DNA from: Aphanothece hegewaldii CCALA 016
GTDB taxonomy: Bacteria; Cyanobacteriota; Cyanobacteriia; Cyanobacteriales; Microcystaceae
DNA length: 40,000 nt
Direction of reading: 5' to 3'
NCBI RefSeq assembly: GCF_003007785.1
Contig: NZ_PXOH01000014.1
Coordinates: 79,961-119,960, forward strand
Shown: positions 8,813 to 18,225 of the stretch, in pieces
Layout of the letters: each line of letters starts with the position of its first letter
How positions within the stretch are numbered: position 1 is the first letter of the stretch
Made by a program: the position numbers and the translations under genes
Notes under the pieces: model-generated
Database searches by the model: none
What the model was told of the DNA's origin: nothing
What the model saw: only the letters and a program-made list of their open reading frames with translations

Positions 8813-10024
8813 ATGCGATCAAGCTGGCGAATTGGTACTTTATTTGGTATTCCTCTTTATATTGATGCGTCTTGGTTGTTGATTTTAGTCTTTGTGACGC
8901 TGATTAATGCGGGAAACGTTACAGCAACAGGATTAACTCACGATAATTGGTTTTTAGGTGGATTTTTCGGGTTTTTATTGGCTTTGCTGTTGTTTGTTTC
9001 TGTTCTACTTCATGAATTAGGACATAGTTTAGTCGCTCGCGCACAAGGAATTAACGTTAAATCAATTACTTTGTTTCTGTTTGGCGGTCTTGCATCGATT
9101 GAAAAGGAGTCTCAACAACCTTTAGGGGCTTTGTCGGTTGCTATTGCCGGTCCTTTGGTTAGTTTGTCTCTTTTTGTCTTGTTTTCGGCACTTTCTCAGT
9201 TTTGGTCAAGTTCTACGATTATTGGTTTTCTCACCGAAGATTTAGCCAATTTGAATTTAGTTTTGGCTATTTTTAATCTTATTCCAGGTTTACCCCTTGA
9301 TGGTGGACAAATTTTAAAAGCTTTGGTTTGGAAAGCAACAGGCGATCGCTTAATGGGGATGCGTTGGGCTTCAGCGAGTGGTCAGATTTTAGGCTGGTTA
9401 GGAATGATTCTCGGTGGGTTGGTAGTAATTATAGTCGGTGATGTGGGCGGTTTATGGGTGTCTTTTATCGGCTGGTTTATTCTTCGCAATGCGACGGCTT
9501 ATGAACGTTTGACGGTTCTACAAGAAAGTTTACTCGATTTAACGGCATCTGATGCGATGAGTCACGATTTTAGAGTGGTTAATGCTCATCTGAGTATACA
9601 AGAATTTATTGAGACTTATCTTTTGTCTGGGTTAGCGACTCCAATGGTTTATTATGCGGCTTCTGATGGACGCTATCGCGGCATGATCGAGCAAAACGAA
9701 GTACAAGAGATTGAGCGTAGCCAATGGTCTAGTAAAACTTTATCAGAGATTGTTCATCCTTTGACTGTGATTCCATCAGTAACAGAAAAAACCCCTCTTG
9801 TTTCTGTGATTAAAGCCTTAGAAGCGAGTAAAGAACGTTATTTAACGGTTTTGTCTCCTGCTGGTGCGGTTTCTGGGGTGATTGATCGCGGTGATCTGGT
9901 GAAAGCGATCGCCCAAAAACAGAATATACCGATTACTGAAGCCCAAATCAAGCAAATTAAAAACGAGGGAACTTATCCAACTTATTTACAATTAAGTGCG
10001 ATCGCGCAAAGTCTGGAAAATTAG
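8813..10024 (+). CDS. Site-2 protease family (peptidase M50) with C-terminal tandem CBS domains
   Basis: HELGHSLVA (HExxH) lies in a TM helix, followed by NLIPGLPLDGG, and the C-terminal 130 aa look like a CBS pair. I chose the ATG at 8813 (MRSSWRIGTLFGIPLYID, a typical M50 N-terminus) rather than the TTG at 8660 in the track. Confidence 0.85.
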   Translation: MRSSWRIGTLFGIPLYIDASWLLILVFVTLINAGNVTATGLTHDNWFLGGFFGFLLALLLFVSVLLHELGHSLVARAQGINVKSITLFLFGGLASIEKESQQPLGALSVAIAGPLVSLSLFVLFSALSQFWSSSTIIGFLTEDLANLNLVLAIFNLIPGLPLDGGQILKALVWKATGDRLMGMRWASASGQILGWLGMILGGLVVIIVGDVGGLWVSFIGWFILRNATAYERLTVLQESLLDLTASDAMSHDFRVVNAHLSIQEFIETYLLSGLATPMVYYAASDGRYRGMIEQNEVQEIERSQWSSKTLSEIVHPLTVIPSVTEKTPLVSVIKALEASKERYLTVLSPAGAVSGVIDRGDLVKAIAQKQNIPITEAQIKQIKNEGTYPTYLQLSAIAQSLEN

Positions 10025-10097
10025 CTATCAGCTATTAGAACAATAACAAGTGATAGTAATTCTTCCTGCTTTCATACCTCATACTGATGACTGTAAA

Positions 10098-10123
10098 GGG
10101 TTTGGAGACCAAACCCCTACAAT
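10098..10123. repeat. Dispersed palindromic repeat, copy 1 (GGGTTTGGAGACCAAACCCCTACAAT)
   Basis: An exact 26-mer, identical to the copy at 22470..22495. The stem is gggtttgg/ccaaaccc. It lies 74 nt downstream of the M50 protease stop. Confidence 0.9.
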
Positions 10124-10608
10124 TTCTACGGATTTTATTTCATTAAAACCAAATGAGTCGCCGATGGAATGCTCTTAAATAGATTTGCAAACTGTTGTAA
10201 ATATTTGATACATTCTCTTTGCTAAATTTAACAATTATTTCAAAAATCGATGTTATGTAATGGTTAATTTATTGTGATTTTATGACAAAATCAGACAAAG
10301 AGATTTAAGAGAATTGATATAATGCAAGAGCAGAAAAAAGAGTTTAGACAATCAACATTAAGCTCGAAAAATCTGTCTAATGAGTGATCAATTAGTGTTG
10401 TTAATTGAACAATACTGGGTTGAATCGGAAAAATTAAGTATACATACTTAGCTAAACAAGGGGAATCATTAAAACAAAAATATGTTTTTGAAGGATTCTT
10501 CATTTTCTCCTGTTAATTAGTTATAGGGAGAAAAAATTTAAACGCTTATTGCAACCGCGATCGCTTACCCATCTAAATTAGCCCTACTACGTCTATGGAG
10601 AGTAGATA

Positions 10609-11745
10609 ATGAAAATTGCTGTAGCCAAAGAAAGTGACTTAGGAGAATTAAGAGTTGCACTCGTTCCCGATATCGTAGCCCGTCTCGTCAAACAAGGGTT
10701 AGACGTGATGGTACAAAATGACGCAGGTACTGGCTCATTTTTTGCGGATGAAGCTTACGCAGAAGCGGGTGCTACACTCGTTAATGATTCGGTCGCCCTC
10801 TGGCAAGAAGCCGATATCGTTCTGAAAGTGGCTCCCCCCAATGAAGACGAAATTAGAAGCCTCAAAGCTGGAACCGTTTTGATTAGTTTTCTAAACCCCT
10901 TAAGAAACCCAGAACGGATCAAACAATTAGCCGAGCAAAAAGTAACTGCTTTTAGCATGGAACTGATCCCGCGAACGAGCCGCGCTCAGAGTATGGATGC
11001 TCTATCTTCTCAAGCGAATATCGCAGGATATAAAGCCGCCGTCTTAGCTGCCGCTTATTTACCTAAATTATTCCCCATGATGACCACTGCGGCGGGAACC
11101 ATTCCCCCCGCTAAAGTTTTAGTCTTGGGAGCAGGAGTAGCCGGGTTACAAGCGATCGCCACCGCCCGCCGTTTAGGTGCTGTCGTCGAAGCATTTGATA
11201 TTCGTCCCCAAGTTAAAGAAGAAGTTCAAAGCGTTGGGGCGAAATTTATCGAAGTGACGATCGAAGAAGATACCGTCGCACACAATGGTTACGCGAAAGA
11301 AGTCAACACCAACACCCAAGATCGTATCAGAGAAGTTTTAACCGAACACATCAAAAAAGCAGATGTAGTCATTACAACCGCCCAAGTTCCGGGGAAAAAA
11401 GCCCCCGTCCTCGTCACCGAAGATATGGTAAACCAGATGAAACCAGGTGCAGTCGTAGTAGACTTAGCCGCCGAACAAGGTGGAAACTGTGCCTTTACCG
11501 AACCTGGTAGAAATATCAATCATAACGGTGTCACCATCTTAGGAACCCTGAATTTACCTGCTTCTGTTCCCACGAATGCCAGTCAGGTTTATGCCAAAAA
11601 CCTACAAACCTTAATTCAATACTTGATCAAGAACGATATGTTAAACCTTGATTTTGAGGATGACATTGTCAATGATTCTTGTGTAGCACATAATGGCGAA
11701 ATTCGCAACCAAAAAGTGAAAGATGCTTTGGCGGTTGCTGTCTAG
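10609..11745 (+). CDS. pntA: NAD(P) transhydrogenase subunit alpha, part 1 (dI domain)
   Basis: The 378-aa protein has the alanine-dehydrogenase/PNT fold: MKIAVAKE...RVALVP, the Rossmann motif VLVLGAGVAGLQAIATARRLGA, and TTAQVPGKKAP. Confidence 0.93.
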   Translation: MKIAVAKESDLGELRVALVPDIVARLVKQGLDVMVQNDAGTGSFFADEAYAEAGATLVNDSVALWQEADIVLKVAPPNEDEIRSLKAGTVLISFLNPLRNPERIKQLAEQKVTAFSMELIPRTSRAQSMDALSSQANIAGYKAAVLAAAYLPKLFPMMTTAAGTIPPAKVLVLGAGVAGLQAIATARRLGAVVEAFDIRPQVKEEVQSVGAKFIEVTIEEDTVAHNGYAKEVNTNTQDRIREVLTEHIKKADVVITTAQVPGKKAPVLVTEDMVNQMKPGAVVVDLAAEQGGNCAFTEPGRNINHNGVTILGTLNLPASVPTNASQVYAKNLQTLIQYLIKNDMLNLDFEDDIVNDSCVAHNGEIRNQKVKDALAVAV

Positions 11746-11782
11746 ATTTGATTTTGTCCTTTTTCTCAATAATGAATGATCT

Positions 11783-12073
11783 ATGAGTCCAGAACTTTTA
11801 ACGGGTTTAGTTGTCTTTGTCTTAGCCTCCTTTGTTGGCTTTGAAGTGATCAATAAAGTCCCCCCTACTTTACATACTCCCTTGATGTCGGGATCGAATG
11901 CCATTTCGGGTATTGCGGTTGTTGGGGCGTTATTAATTGCCGGTACGCAAGATTGGAATGTTACGACATCCCTCGGCTTTTTTGCGGTTATTCTGGCCAC
12001 CATAAACGTTGTGGGCGGTTTTCTCGTAACGGATCGGATGTTGCAAATGTTTAAGAAGAAGGAAGCTAAGTAG
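11783..12073 (+). CDS. NAD(P) transhydrogenase subunit alpha, part 2 (membrane dII fragment)
   Basis: A 96-aa protein with three TM helices (HTPLMSGSNAISGI). It sits between pntA and pntB, as in split-alpha transhydrogenase operons. Confidence 0.9.
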   Translation: MSPELLTGLVVFVLASFVGFEVINKVPPTLHTPLMSGSNAISGIAVVGALLIAGTQDWNVTTSLGFFAVILATINVVGGFLVTDRMLQMFKKKEAK

Positions 12074-13477
12074 ATGAATAATACTTTATTAACCGGAATT
12101 GAATTATCTTATCTCGTTGCAGCAGCCCTGTTTATTGTTGGCTTAAAAAAACTGGGATCACCTGCAACCGCCCGTCAAGGAAATGTGATCGCAGCAGTTG
12201 GTATGTTAATTGCGATCGTCGCCACCTTGATCGATCAATCGATTGTGAGTTATGAGTTAATTATTGTGGGGATCGTCATCGGTTCACTCATTGGCGCAGT
12301 AACTGCCCAAAAAGTAGCTATGACTGAAATGCCTCAAATGGTGGGGATCTTCAACGGTGTTGGAGGTGCGGCGAGTGCCTTGGTTGCAGTTGGCGAATAT
12401 TGGAGACTGTTGGATAAAGGCACAAATATTGGATTTGATGCGGTATTAATCGCAATTTTGGGAATTTTGATCGGTGGCGTTACTTTTACGGGTAGTATAC
12501 TCGCTTTTGCCAAGTTACAAGGTTTAGTTAGTGGTAGCCCTGTTACTTTTCCCTTTCAACAACCTTTTAACGCTTCTCTTTTATTAGCCTTTCTCGCGGG
12601 TAGTGTCTATCTGTTTATTCATCCAACTTCCCCAGAGATTTTGCTGGCTTTAGTGGCTATTTCGCTGGTGTTTGGGGTGATGTTTGTACTGCCCATCGGT
12701 GGCGGTGATATGCCTGTGGTGATTTCGCTTTTGAACTCTTTTTCGGGAGTTGCAGCGAGTGTCGTCGGGTTTATCTTGTACAACAATATGCTAATTATTG
12801 CGGGTGCTTTAGTCGGTGCTTCTGGGTTGATTTTAACTCAGATTATGTGTAAGGCGATGAACCGTTCTTTAACCAGTGTTCTCTTTACTGCTTTTGGTGG
12901 CGAAACATCGGGTACTGGCAATGGAGCAACCGCAACGGATAAAACTGTTCATGCGATCGATGCTGAAGAAAGCGCGATGATGTTAGGCTATGCTCGTAAT
13001 GTTGTGATTGTACCTGGTTATGGAATGGCAGTCGCTCAAGCCCAACATACCATTAGAGAGTTAGCGGAACAACTCGAAAAAATGGGAGTAGAAGTACGCT
13101 ACGCCATCCATCCCGTCGCTGGAAGAATGCCCGGACATATGAATGTACTCTTAGCTGAAGCGAATGTGCCTTACAATCAACTTTATGATATGGATGATAT
13201 TAATCCAGAGTTTGAAAGAACGGATGTCGCTTTAGTCATTGGTGCGAATGATGTGGTTAACCCAGCCGCCCGTCATGATAATACTAGCCCAATTTATGGT
13301 ATGCCGATTTTAGAAGTTGATAAGGCACATCATACAATTGTAATCAAACGTAGTATGAAGAGTGGTTTTGCTGGGATCGAAAACGAACTATTCTACGATG
13401 ATAAAACCTTTATGCTATTCGGTAGCGCACAAGATGTCGTAGCGAATTTGGTTTCACAGGTGAAACAACTGCAATAG
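12074..13477 (+). CDS. pntB: NAD(P) transhydrogenase subunit beta
   Basis: A 467-aa protein with an N-terminal TM domain and a C-terminal dIII NADP(H) domain (VIVPGYGMAVAQAQH, HPVAGRMPGHMNVLLAEA, VIGANDVVNPAA). Its start codon abuts the previous stop. Confidence 0.95.
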   Translation: MNNTLLTGIELSYLVAAALFIVGLKKLGSPATARQGNVIAAVGMLIAIVATLIDQSIVSYELIIVGIVIGSLIGAVTAQKVAMTEMPQMVGIFNGVGGAASALVAVGEYWRLLDKGTNIGFDAVLIAILGILIGGVTFTGSILAFAKLQGLVSGSPVTFPFQQPFNASLLLAFLAGSVYLFIHPTSPEILLALVAISLVFGVMFVLPIGGGDMPVVISLLNSFSGVAASVVGFILYNNMLIIAGALVGASGLILTQIMCKAMNRSLTSVLFTAFGGETSGTGNGATATDKTVHAIDAEESAMMLGYARNVVIVPGYGMAVAQAQHTIRELAEQLEKMGVEVRYAIHPVAGRMPGHMNVLLAEANVPYNQLYDMDDINPEFERTDVALVIGANDVVNPAARHDNTSPIYGMPILEVDKAHHTIVIKRSMKSGFAGIENELFYDDKTFMLFGSAQDVVANLVSQVKQLQ

Positions 13478-13497
13478 GTTCAAAATTAAATTTTATG

Positions 13498-13531
13498 ATT
13501 GTAGGGGTTTGGTTTTCAAACCCTTTTTTTT
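13498..13531 (+). terminator. Probable pntB terminator formed by an inverted, 2-mismatch copy of the 26-nt palindromic repeat plus a T8 run
   Basis: The sequence attgtaggggtttggttttcaaaccc is followed by tttttttt. The stem is gggtttg (13505-13511) paired with caaaccc (13517-13523), followed by T8 at 13524-13531. It lies 21 nt after the pntB stop. Its right arm also holds the stop codon of the convergent gene 13516..14079. Confidence 0.65.
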
Positions 13532-14079
13532 ATCCAATTTTCGATCCCTTTTTTAGTTGGTACACCAGTATTAGTAAATGTCCAAATATCTCGTTTATGT
13601 TGGGAACCATAACTAATATGAATTGGTCGATTTTTTCCATAAAAATAGAGGGAATCAAACGGTAATTTTTGATTTAAAATCCATTCGACTAACTCATCAC
13701 TTGGATAATTAATAATTAAAAAATCGCAAGATGCACCCAATCTATTACAGTAATATTGTCCATTTTTTTTGGTTTCATGAGCCATATGCTGATCCCGACT
13801 CGGATCAATACGACCATTTTTGATTCCAGTAATCGGATCTTTTTGATTGAGGTATTTTTTTAAATCGTAAGAACAAAAACCATAAGTTAATTTAAATTGC
13901 TCTTTTCCAAAATAATCAATAATTGGATCAATAATAAATTGATTTAAGTTTTGGAGAGCTTGCATCGTATCCGAATTTTTTGGATAAGGATTAATTTGAT
14001 CAATATGTTTTTGGTAAGTCTTCGTACAAGTACAAAAATCCTCTAATGTTAAATACTTACCAAGAGAGAAATCTAACAT
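13516..14079 (-). CDS. Hypothetical protein, possibly a LAS/peptidase-M15-like zinc hydrolase fold
   Basis: A 187-aa ORF. It begins with LTLEDFCTC, as in M15A/YcbK-like proteins, and has candidate metal ligands in SRDQHMAHE and LGASCDFLI (an H...D pattern). The assignment is weak. Confidence 0.55.
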   Translation of the reverse strand: MLDFSLGKYLTLEDFCTCTKTYQKHIDQINPYPKNSDTMQALQNLNQFIIDPIIDYFGKEQFKLTYGFCSYDLKKYLNQKDPITGIKNGRIDPSRDQHMAHETKKNGQYYCNRLGASCDFLIINYPSDELVEWILNQKLPFDSLYFYGKNRPIHISYGSQHKRDIWTFTNTGVPTKKGIENWIKKRV

Positions 14080-14089
14080 TTAACCAAAT

Positions 14090-14857
14090 TTATAATGTTT
14101 GTTGTAAGACGGCTTTGAGCTTGGAATAAAGAGCAGAATAATCTAAATCGGGTTTAAATTCATCAATAGTTTGTCCCGACATGATTCGTCTTTCGGTTTT
14201 TGCGGGAGTTTCTTCGGGTGATATTGTGGGTTCTGATGAAGGTTCTTTCGTTATTAATTGAGCAAATAATTCTTTGACATCAGTTAGTTGAGTTGCCGAA
14301 GAATCAAACCGAGAATTGTCGATAAAAGTAGGTTCATCGTCAGCCAAGAAATTCTCTAAATCAAAGTTATTTTCTGGTTCGATTAATTCATTTTCTTGTA
14401 CTTCACTTTGGGGTAATTCTTTTGAAGTTTCTTCTACTGCTAAGTCCGATGTTGTAGCAATTTCTTGGCTAGAAGAGAATAAAAAAGTAGTAGATTGTTC
14501 CTTTTGGTAAAAACTCGGTAAAGCTGTTTGAGCTTGACGACGTTGGGCTATATCAGTGGAATTTGTCACCACAGAGCCTATCATATTATTACAAATCATC
14601 CGTTCAAATTCATGGTTAAAGTGGAATGTCGGATGCCCTCGTCTTAACCACAAACTCAAAATGTGTTCAACAGAAATAACTTTATATCGCCCTTGATATA
14701 AAGCTTCTACCACAGCTAAACGTATCCATCTTACTGGGTATAATGGTTGCCACTGCTCTAGTAATTCTTGTGTATTGTTTCCTTTCATCTCAAATTGATA
14801 GCGGCTTAGTAAAATAGCTACTTGATTGAGATTGATATCTTTTGTCATCTCTGCCAT
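14090..14857 (-). CDS. Hypothetical protein with a conserved N-terminal helical domain (faint DnaD/DnaB_2-like pattern) and an acidic, disordered C-terminal half
   Basis: A 255-aa ORF. The N-terminus VRWIRLAVVEALYQGRYKVISVEHILSLWLRRGHP recalls the W...A..EA....K..SV.YI..IL..W pattern of DnaD-type domains. The rest is rich in E, S and T. It lies 10 nt upstream of the previous gene on the same strand. Confidence 0.6.
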   Translation of the reverse strand: MAEMTKDINLNQVAILLSRYQFEMKGNNTQELLEQWQPLYPVRWIRLAVVEALYQGRYKVISVEHILSLWLRRGHPTFHFNHEFERMICNNMIGSVVTNSTDIAQRRQAQTALPSFYQKEQSTTFLFSSSQEIATTSDLAVEETSKELPQSEVQENELIEPENNFDLENFLADDEPTFIDNSRFDSSATQLTDVKELFAQLITKEPSSEPTISPEETPAKTERRIMSGQTIDEFKPDLDYSALYSKLKAVLQQTL

Positions 14858-15129
14858 AGTGAGTACCTAAATAAAAAGAATCTGTCTAAAGGAAGATGTT
14901 GATCCTATCTTTAAATTTGTTTAATAATTTGTAGCAATCAATACGTTTCTTTTTTATTTATCACGCTAGTCTTTTTATTTTCAAATCTTGTTACCTAGAT
15001 AACAAAATCAAAATATCGTTAACTGATCTTACCTTGCAAAAGTATTTAGTATTGTTTACGTTTTCTCAATTTTTAGGGTACACCCATAGCGAGAAATAAA
15101 CAAGAGTTTGATTAAAAAAATCTAGAGGA

Positions 15130-15150
15130 GGGTTTGGAGACCAAACCCCC
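15130..15150. repeat. Dispersed palindromic repeat, copy 3 (GGGTTTGGAGACCAAACCCCC; lacks the TACAAT tail)
   Basis: The hairpin core is identical to copies 1 and 4. On the minus strand it is followed by tctagattttttt, so it could close the ndk transcript. Confidence 0.85.
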
Positions 15151-15154
15151 AAAA

Positions 15155-15372
15155 AATTTATAAGCCGCGCCCGTACACCCGTGACTGAATGTCATGGGAT
15201 GAGAGGCGGCGAAACTATGGTATAATTATTAAGTACCGCACTCCCGTGCGGAAACTTACGCCCACGGAAAACACTCGTTAAGTGGTGGCTACTCAAAAAG
15301 TAGATCATCGAGTGTGAATCAGTTCGGTTGCGAATTGAGTCTGGGAAGCCTTTGACTTTAGTCATAGGTGCT
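15155..15372. repeat. Structured non-coding element, copy A (homologous to 18470..18796 in inverted orientation)
   Basis: There is no ORF of the listed size. Strong local hairpins are present (cccgtgac/gtcatggg; ccgcac-tccc-gtgcgg; tgac-ttt-agtca). The reverse complement aligns with copy B over blocks such as ctac.tttt.ag.agcca(cca)cttaacgagt and ccgt.ggcgtaa.tt.cg...ttaat.att. It abuts the ndk stop codon. Confidence 0.6.
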
Positions 15373-15822
15373 TCACTCGTATAACCAAGGTGTTAGATTT
15401 GGTTCCCAGCTAACGAGTTCATCTTCAGTAAACCAAAGACTGATTTCTCTTTGTGCGGTTTCGGTGGCATCAGAACCATGAATTAAATTACGACCAATGC
15501 TAACACCATAATCACCGCGAATGGTACCAGGTTCGGAGGTAAGTGGGTTGGTTGCACCGATAATCTTTCTAGCGGAGGCGACAACTCCATCACCTTCCCA
15601 AACCATCGCTACAACTGGGGAAGAAGTAATAAAATCAACTAAGCTACCAAAAAAAGGTCTTTCTTTATGAATATCATAATGTTGCTCGGCTAGGGTGCGA
15701 GATACTTTAATCAGTTTAAGACCAACTAGAGTAAAGCCTTTTGCTTCAAAACGACGAATAACTTCACCTACGAGGTTGCGTTGTACTCCATCGGGTTTAA
15801 TCATTAAAAAAGTTCGTTCCAC
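15373..15822 (-). CDS. ndk: Nucleoside-diphosphate kinase
   Basis: [15 protein letters not shown], then GATNP and the active-site NLIHGSD. The 149-aa length is canonical for Ndk. Confidence 0.97.
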   Translation of the reverse strand: MERTFLMIKPDGVQRNLVGEVIRRFEAKGFTLVGLKLIKVSRTLAEQHYDIHKERPFFGSLVDFITSSPVVAMVWEGDGVVASARKIIGATNPLTSEPGTIRGDYGVSIGRNLIHGSDATETAQREISLWFTEDELVSWEPNLTPWLYE

Positions 15823-15894
15823 AGTATGTCTCCTTGTTTGGTGGCAAATTTTCCCAAAACCCAGATTAACCCAGATTGTCTCTATTTTGCTAAA

Positions 15895-16551
15895 TCATTG
15901 TTGAGGAGTGGTATAAATAGTTGGTTCAGAAATACTCGCTTTTTGCATACTGAAAAAATATCCTATTGATAAACCCGTTAGTAGCCCAATGACGAATGAT
16001 AATACCAATGGAAAAAGAGATAAAGACGATTTTTGGGGAGGTTGAATCAGTGTTTGGGGGACTTCCTCTGTTATTGATAGATTTTCTTCAATTGTTTCTG
16101 TTACTGAGGAAATGTTTTCTACTTCTGTTTGTTCTTCTATAAGATTTTCTTCTTCAGAGGAGATATCAGCAACTATTTCAGATTCGTTTTCTTCATAAAT
16201 AGAACGTTTTCCTTTAACGACTGCATCGGCTAGGTTTTGAGCAGTAGACCAATCTTGTTCGAGTATAATTGAAGTTTCCCAAGCTGGCTCACTGGTGATA
16301 TCTGTCAGTGCATAGATTTTGACTTTTTCTAATAATTCTATTCCTAAACTACTGATTTCATCTCGTAAAAACGGAATAAGTTTGTACTGGTTAGGAACTT
16401 TCGGCGATACTAATTTGAGTTCTAAACAGTTTTCATTGAGATTGGTTTCTACAAGACTAACTCGTCTAACCTGAAGACATCGATTTAAAAGAATGCTAAT
16501 TGCTTCGGTGTCTCCTCTCTTTGCTGATTGTAGTAGTTGAGCGTGACTCAT
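15895..16551 (-). CDS. Hypothetical protein with a C-terminal membrane anchor
   Basis: A 218-aa ORF. The N-terminal LLQSAKRGDTEAISILLNRCLQ-type domain recurs in cyanobacterial proteins of unknown function. It also has an acidic linker and a single TM helix (LSLFPLVLSFVIGLLTGLSIGYFF). Confidence 0.6.
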   Translation of the reverse strand: MSHAQLLQSAKRGDTEAISILLNRCLQVRRVSLVETNLNENCLELKLVSPKVPNQYKLIPFLRDEISSLGIELLEKVKIYALTDITSEPAWETSIILEQDWSTAQNLADAVVKGKRSIYEENESEIVADISSEEENLIEEQTEVENISSVTETIEENLSITEEVPQTLIQPPQKSSLSLFPLVLSFVIGLLTGLSIGYFFSMQKASISEPTIYTTPQQ

Positions 16552-16665
16552 AAAAAGCGAGCGAAATACGGAATAGAATACTGTTTTTAATCAGTATTCC
16601 CACTTGCGGCACAAAATTTATACGAGCTAATGTTAAGCTTTGTTACAGGAAAAGGATGATTAAAG

Positions 16666-18225
16666 ATGAGTGAATTAACGACTGATATTGTTGTCATTGG
16701 AAGTGGCATCGGGGGTTTAAGTTGTGCTGCGTTACTTGCCCGCTATGGCTTTGAGGTGATGGTTTGTGAGAGTCATAGTATTGCTGGTGGTGCTGCACAT
16801 GGGTTCAAATATCAAGGATTTTTGTTTGATTCTGGCCCATCTTTGTATTCTGGTTTATCCTATAGTCCATCCGCTAACCCACTGCGACAGGTTCTCGATG
16901 CGATCGATGAAGATTTAGAATGGGTAAACTATGATACTTGGGGTTGTTGTTTACCCGAAGGCGATTTTAAGACAACGGTTGGAGCCGAGCAATTTTGTGA
17001 AGTTTTATTACGGCTACGGGGACAAGAAGCAGTCCAACAATGGCGAAAGTTACAACAAGTCATGAAACCCTATGCTGAAGCGGCTGTTGCGATTCCTCCT
17101 GCTGCAATTAGATTAGATTTAGGGGCGATTCTTACTACTGGGCGTTTTTTGCCAACACTTGCCTTACAAGCAGGAAATACGCTTAAATTAACGGGTGCTT
17201 TTGGAAGAATTCGAGATGAAGTGATTAGTGACCCATTTATCCGTAATTGGCTAGATTTATTGTGTTTTTTGCTATCGGGTTTACTGGCGGATGGAACTAG
17301 CGCGGCAGAAATGGCGTTTATGTTTGCTGATTGGTATCGTCCTGGGGTGGTTTTAGATTATCCTGTAGGGGGTAGTAGTGCGATTGTTAATGCGTTAGTA
17401 AGAGGAATTGAAAAGAAAAGGGGAAAAGTTTGTCTCAATGCACACGTAGCAGAAATTTTTATTCAATCTGGACACGCTACAGGAATCAAGTTACGCAATG
17501 GCGAAATCATCAAGGCTAAACGGGCGGTTATTTCTAATGCGTCGATTTGGGATACTCTAAAATTATTACCCAAGGATTCAGTATCAGATAGTTTTCGTCA
17601 AGAGCGTGAAGCAACACCTAAGTGTGATAGTTTTATGCACCTTCATTTAGGAATTGATGCAAGTCATTTACCTTCAGATTTAGCGTGTCATTATATTATT
17701 GTGAATGACTGGGAAAAGGGAATTACTGCACCACAAAATCTAATTTTAATTTCTATTCCTTCGATTTTAGATCCGTCTCTGGCACCACAGGGTAAACATA
17801 CCATTCATGTTTATACTCCCGGTAATGAACCCTATCAACTTTGGCAGGAAATGGATAGAAAAAGTATTGCATATCAACAACAAAAAGAAAATCGCTCTGA
17901 GGTAATGTGGCAAGCTTTAGAGAGAATCATTCCTGATATTCGTTCTCGTTGTGAAGTTACTTTAGTCGGAACACCATTAACTCACGAACGCTTTTTACGC
18001 CGTCATCACGGTTCCTATGGCCCTGCAATTGCCGCAGGTAAAGGCTTTTTCCCCAGTCCAAAGACTTCTATTTCGGGTTTATGGTGTTGTGGTGATTCGA
18101 CCTTTCCGGGTATTGGTTTACCTGCTGTTGCCGCAAGTGGCATGATTACCGCTAATACACTTGCATCAGTCTCGAAACATTTAGAGATGTTGAAAGAGAT
18201 AGAAATTAACAAATTATTTCGGTGA
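16666..18225 (+). CDS. FAD-dependent oxidoreductase of the phytoene desaturase / carotenoid isomerase (CrtISO-like) family
   Basis: The N-terminal dinucleotide-binding motif is DIVVIGSGIGGLSCAALLARYGFEVMVCESHSIAGG. The length (519 aa) and the C-terminal GDSTFPGIGLPAVAASG are typical of CrtI/CrtH-family amine-oxidase-fold enzymes. The substrate is not assignable. Confidence 0.75.
   Translation: MSELTTDIVVIGSGIGGLSCAALLARYGFEVMVCESHSIAGGAAHGFKYQGFLFDSGPSLYSGLSYSPSANPLRQVLDAIDEDLEWVNYDTWGCCLPEGDFKTTVGAEQFCEVLLRLRGQEAVQQWRKLQQVMKPYAEAAVAIPPAAIRLDLGAILTTGRFLPTLALQAGNTLKLTGAFGRIRDEVISDPFIRNWLDLLCFLLSGLLADGTSAAEMAFMFADWYRPGVVLDYPVGGSSAIVNALVRGIEKKRGKVCLNAHVAEIFIQSGHATGIKLRNGEIIKAKRAVISNASIWDTLKLLPKDSVSDSFRQEREATPKCDSFMHLHLGIDASHLPSDLACHYIIVNDWEKGITAPQNLILISIPSILDPSLAPQGKHTIHVYTPGNEPYQLWQEMDRKSIAYQQQKENRSEVMWQALERIIPDIRSRCEVTLVGTPLTHERFLRRHHGSYGPAIAAGKGFFPSPKTSISGLWCCGDSTFPGIGLPAVAASGMITANTLASVSKHLEMLKEIEINKLFR

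Noticed and set aside
10560-10611. A hairpin (ctact...agtag) overlapping the pntA ribosome-binding site, considered as a possible translational regulator.
   Set aside because: The stem is only 5 bp with a 12-nt loop, too weak to call from sequence alone.
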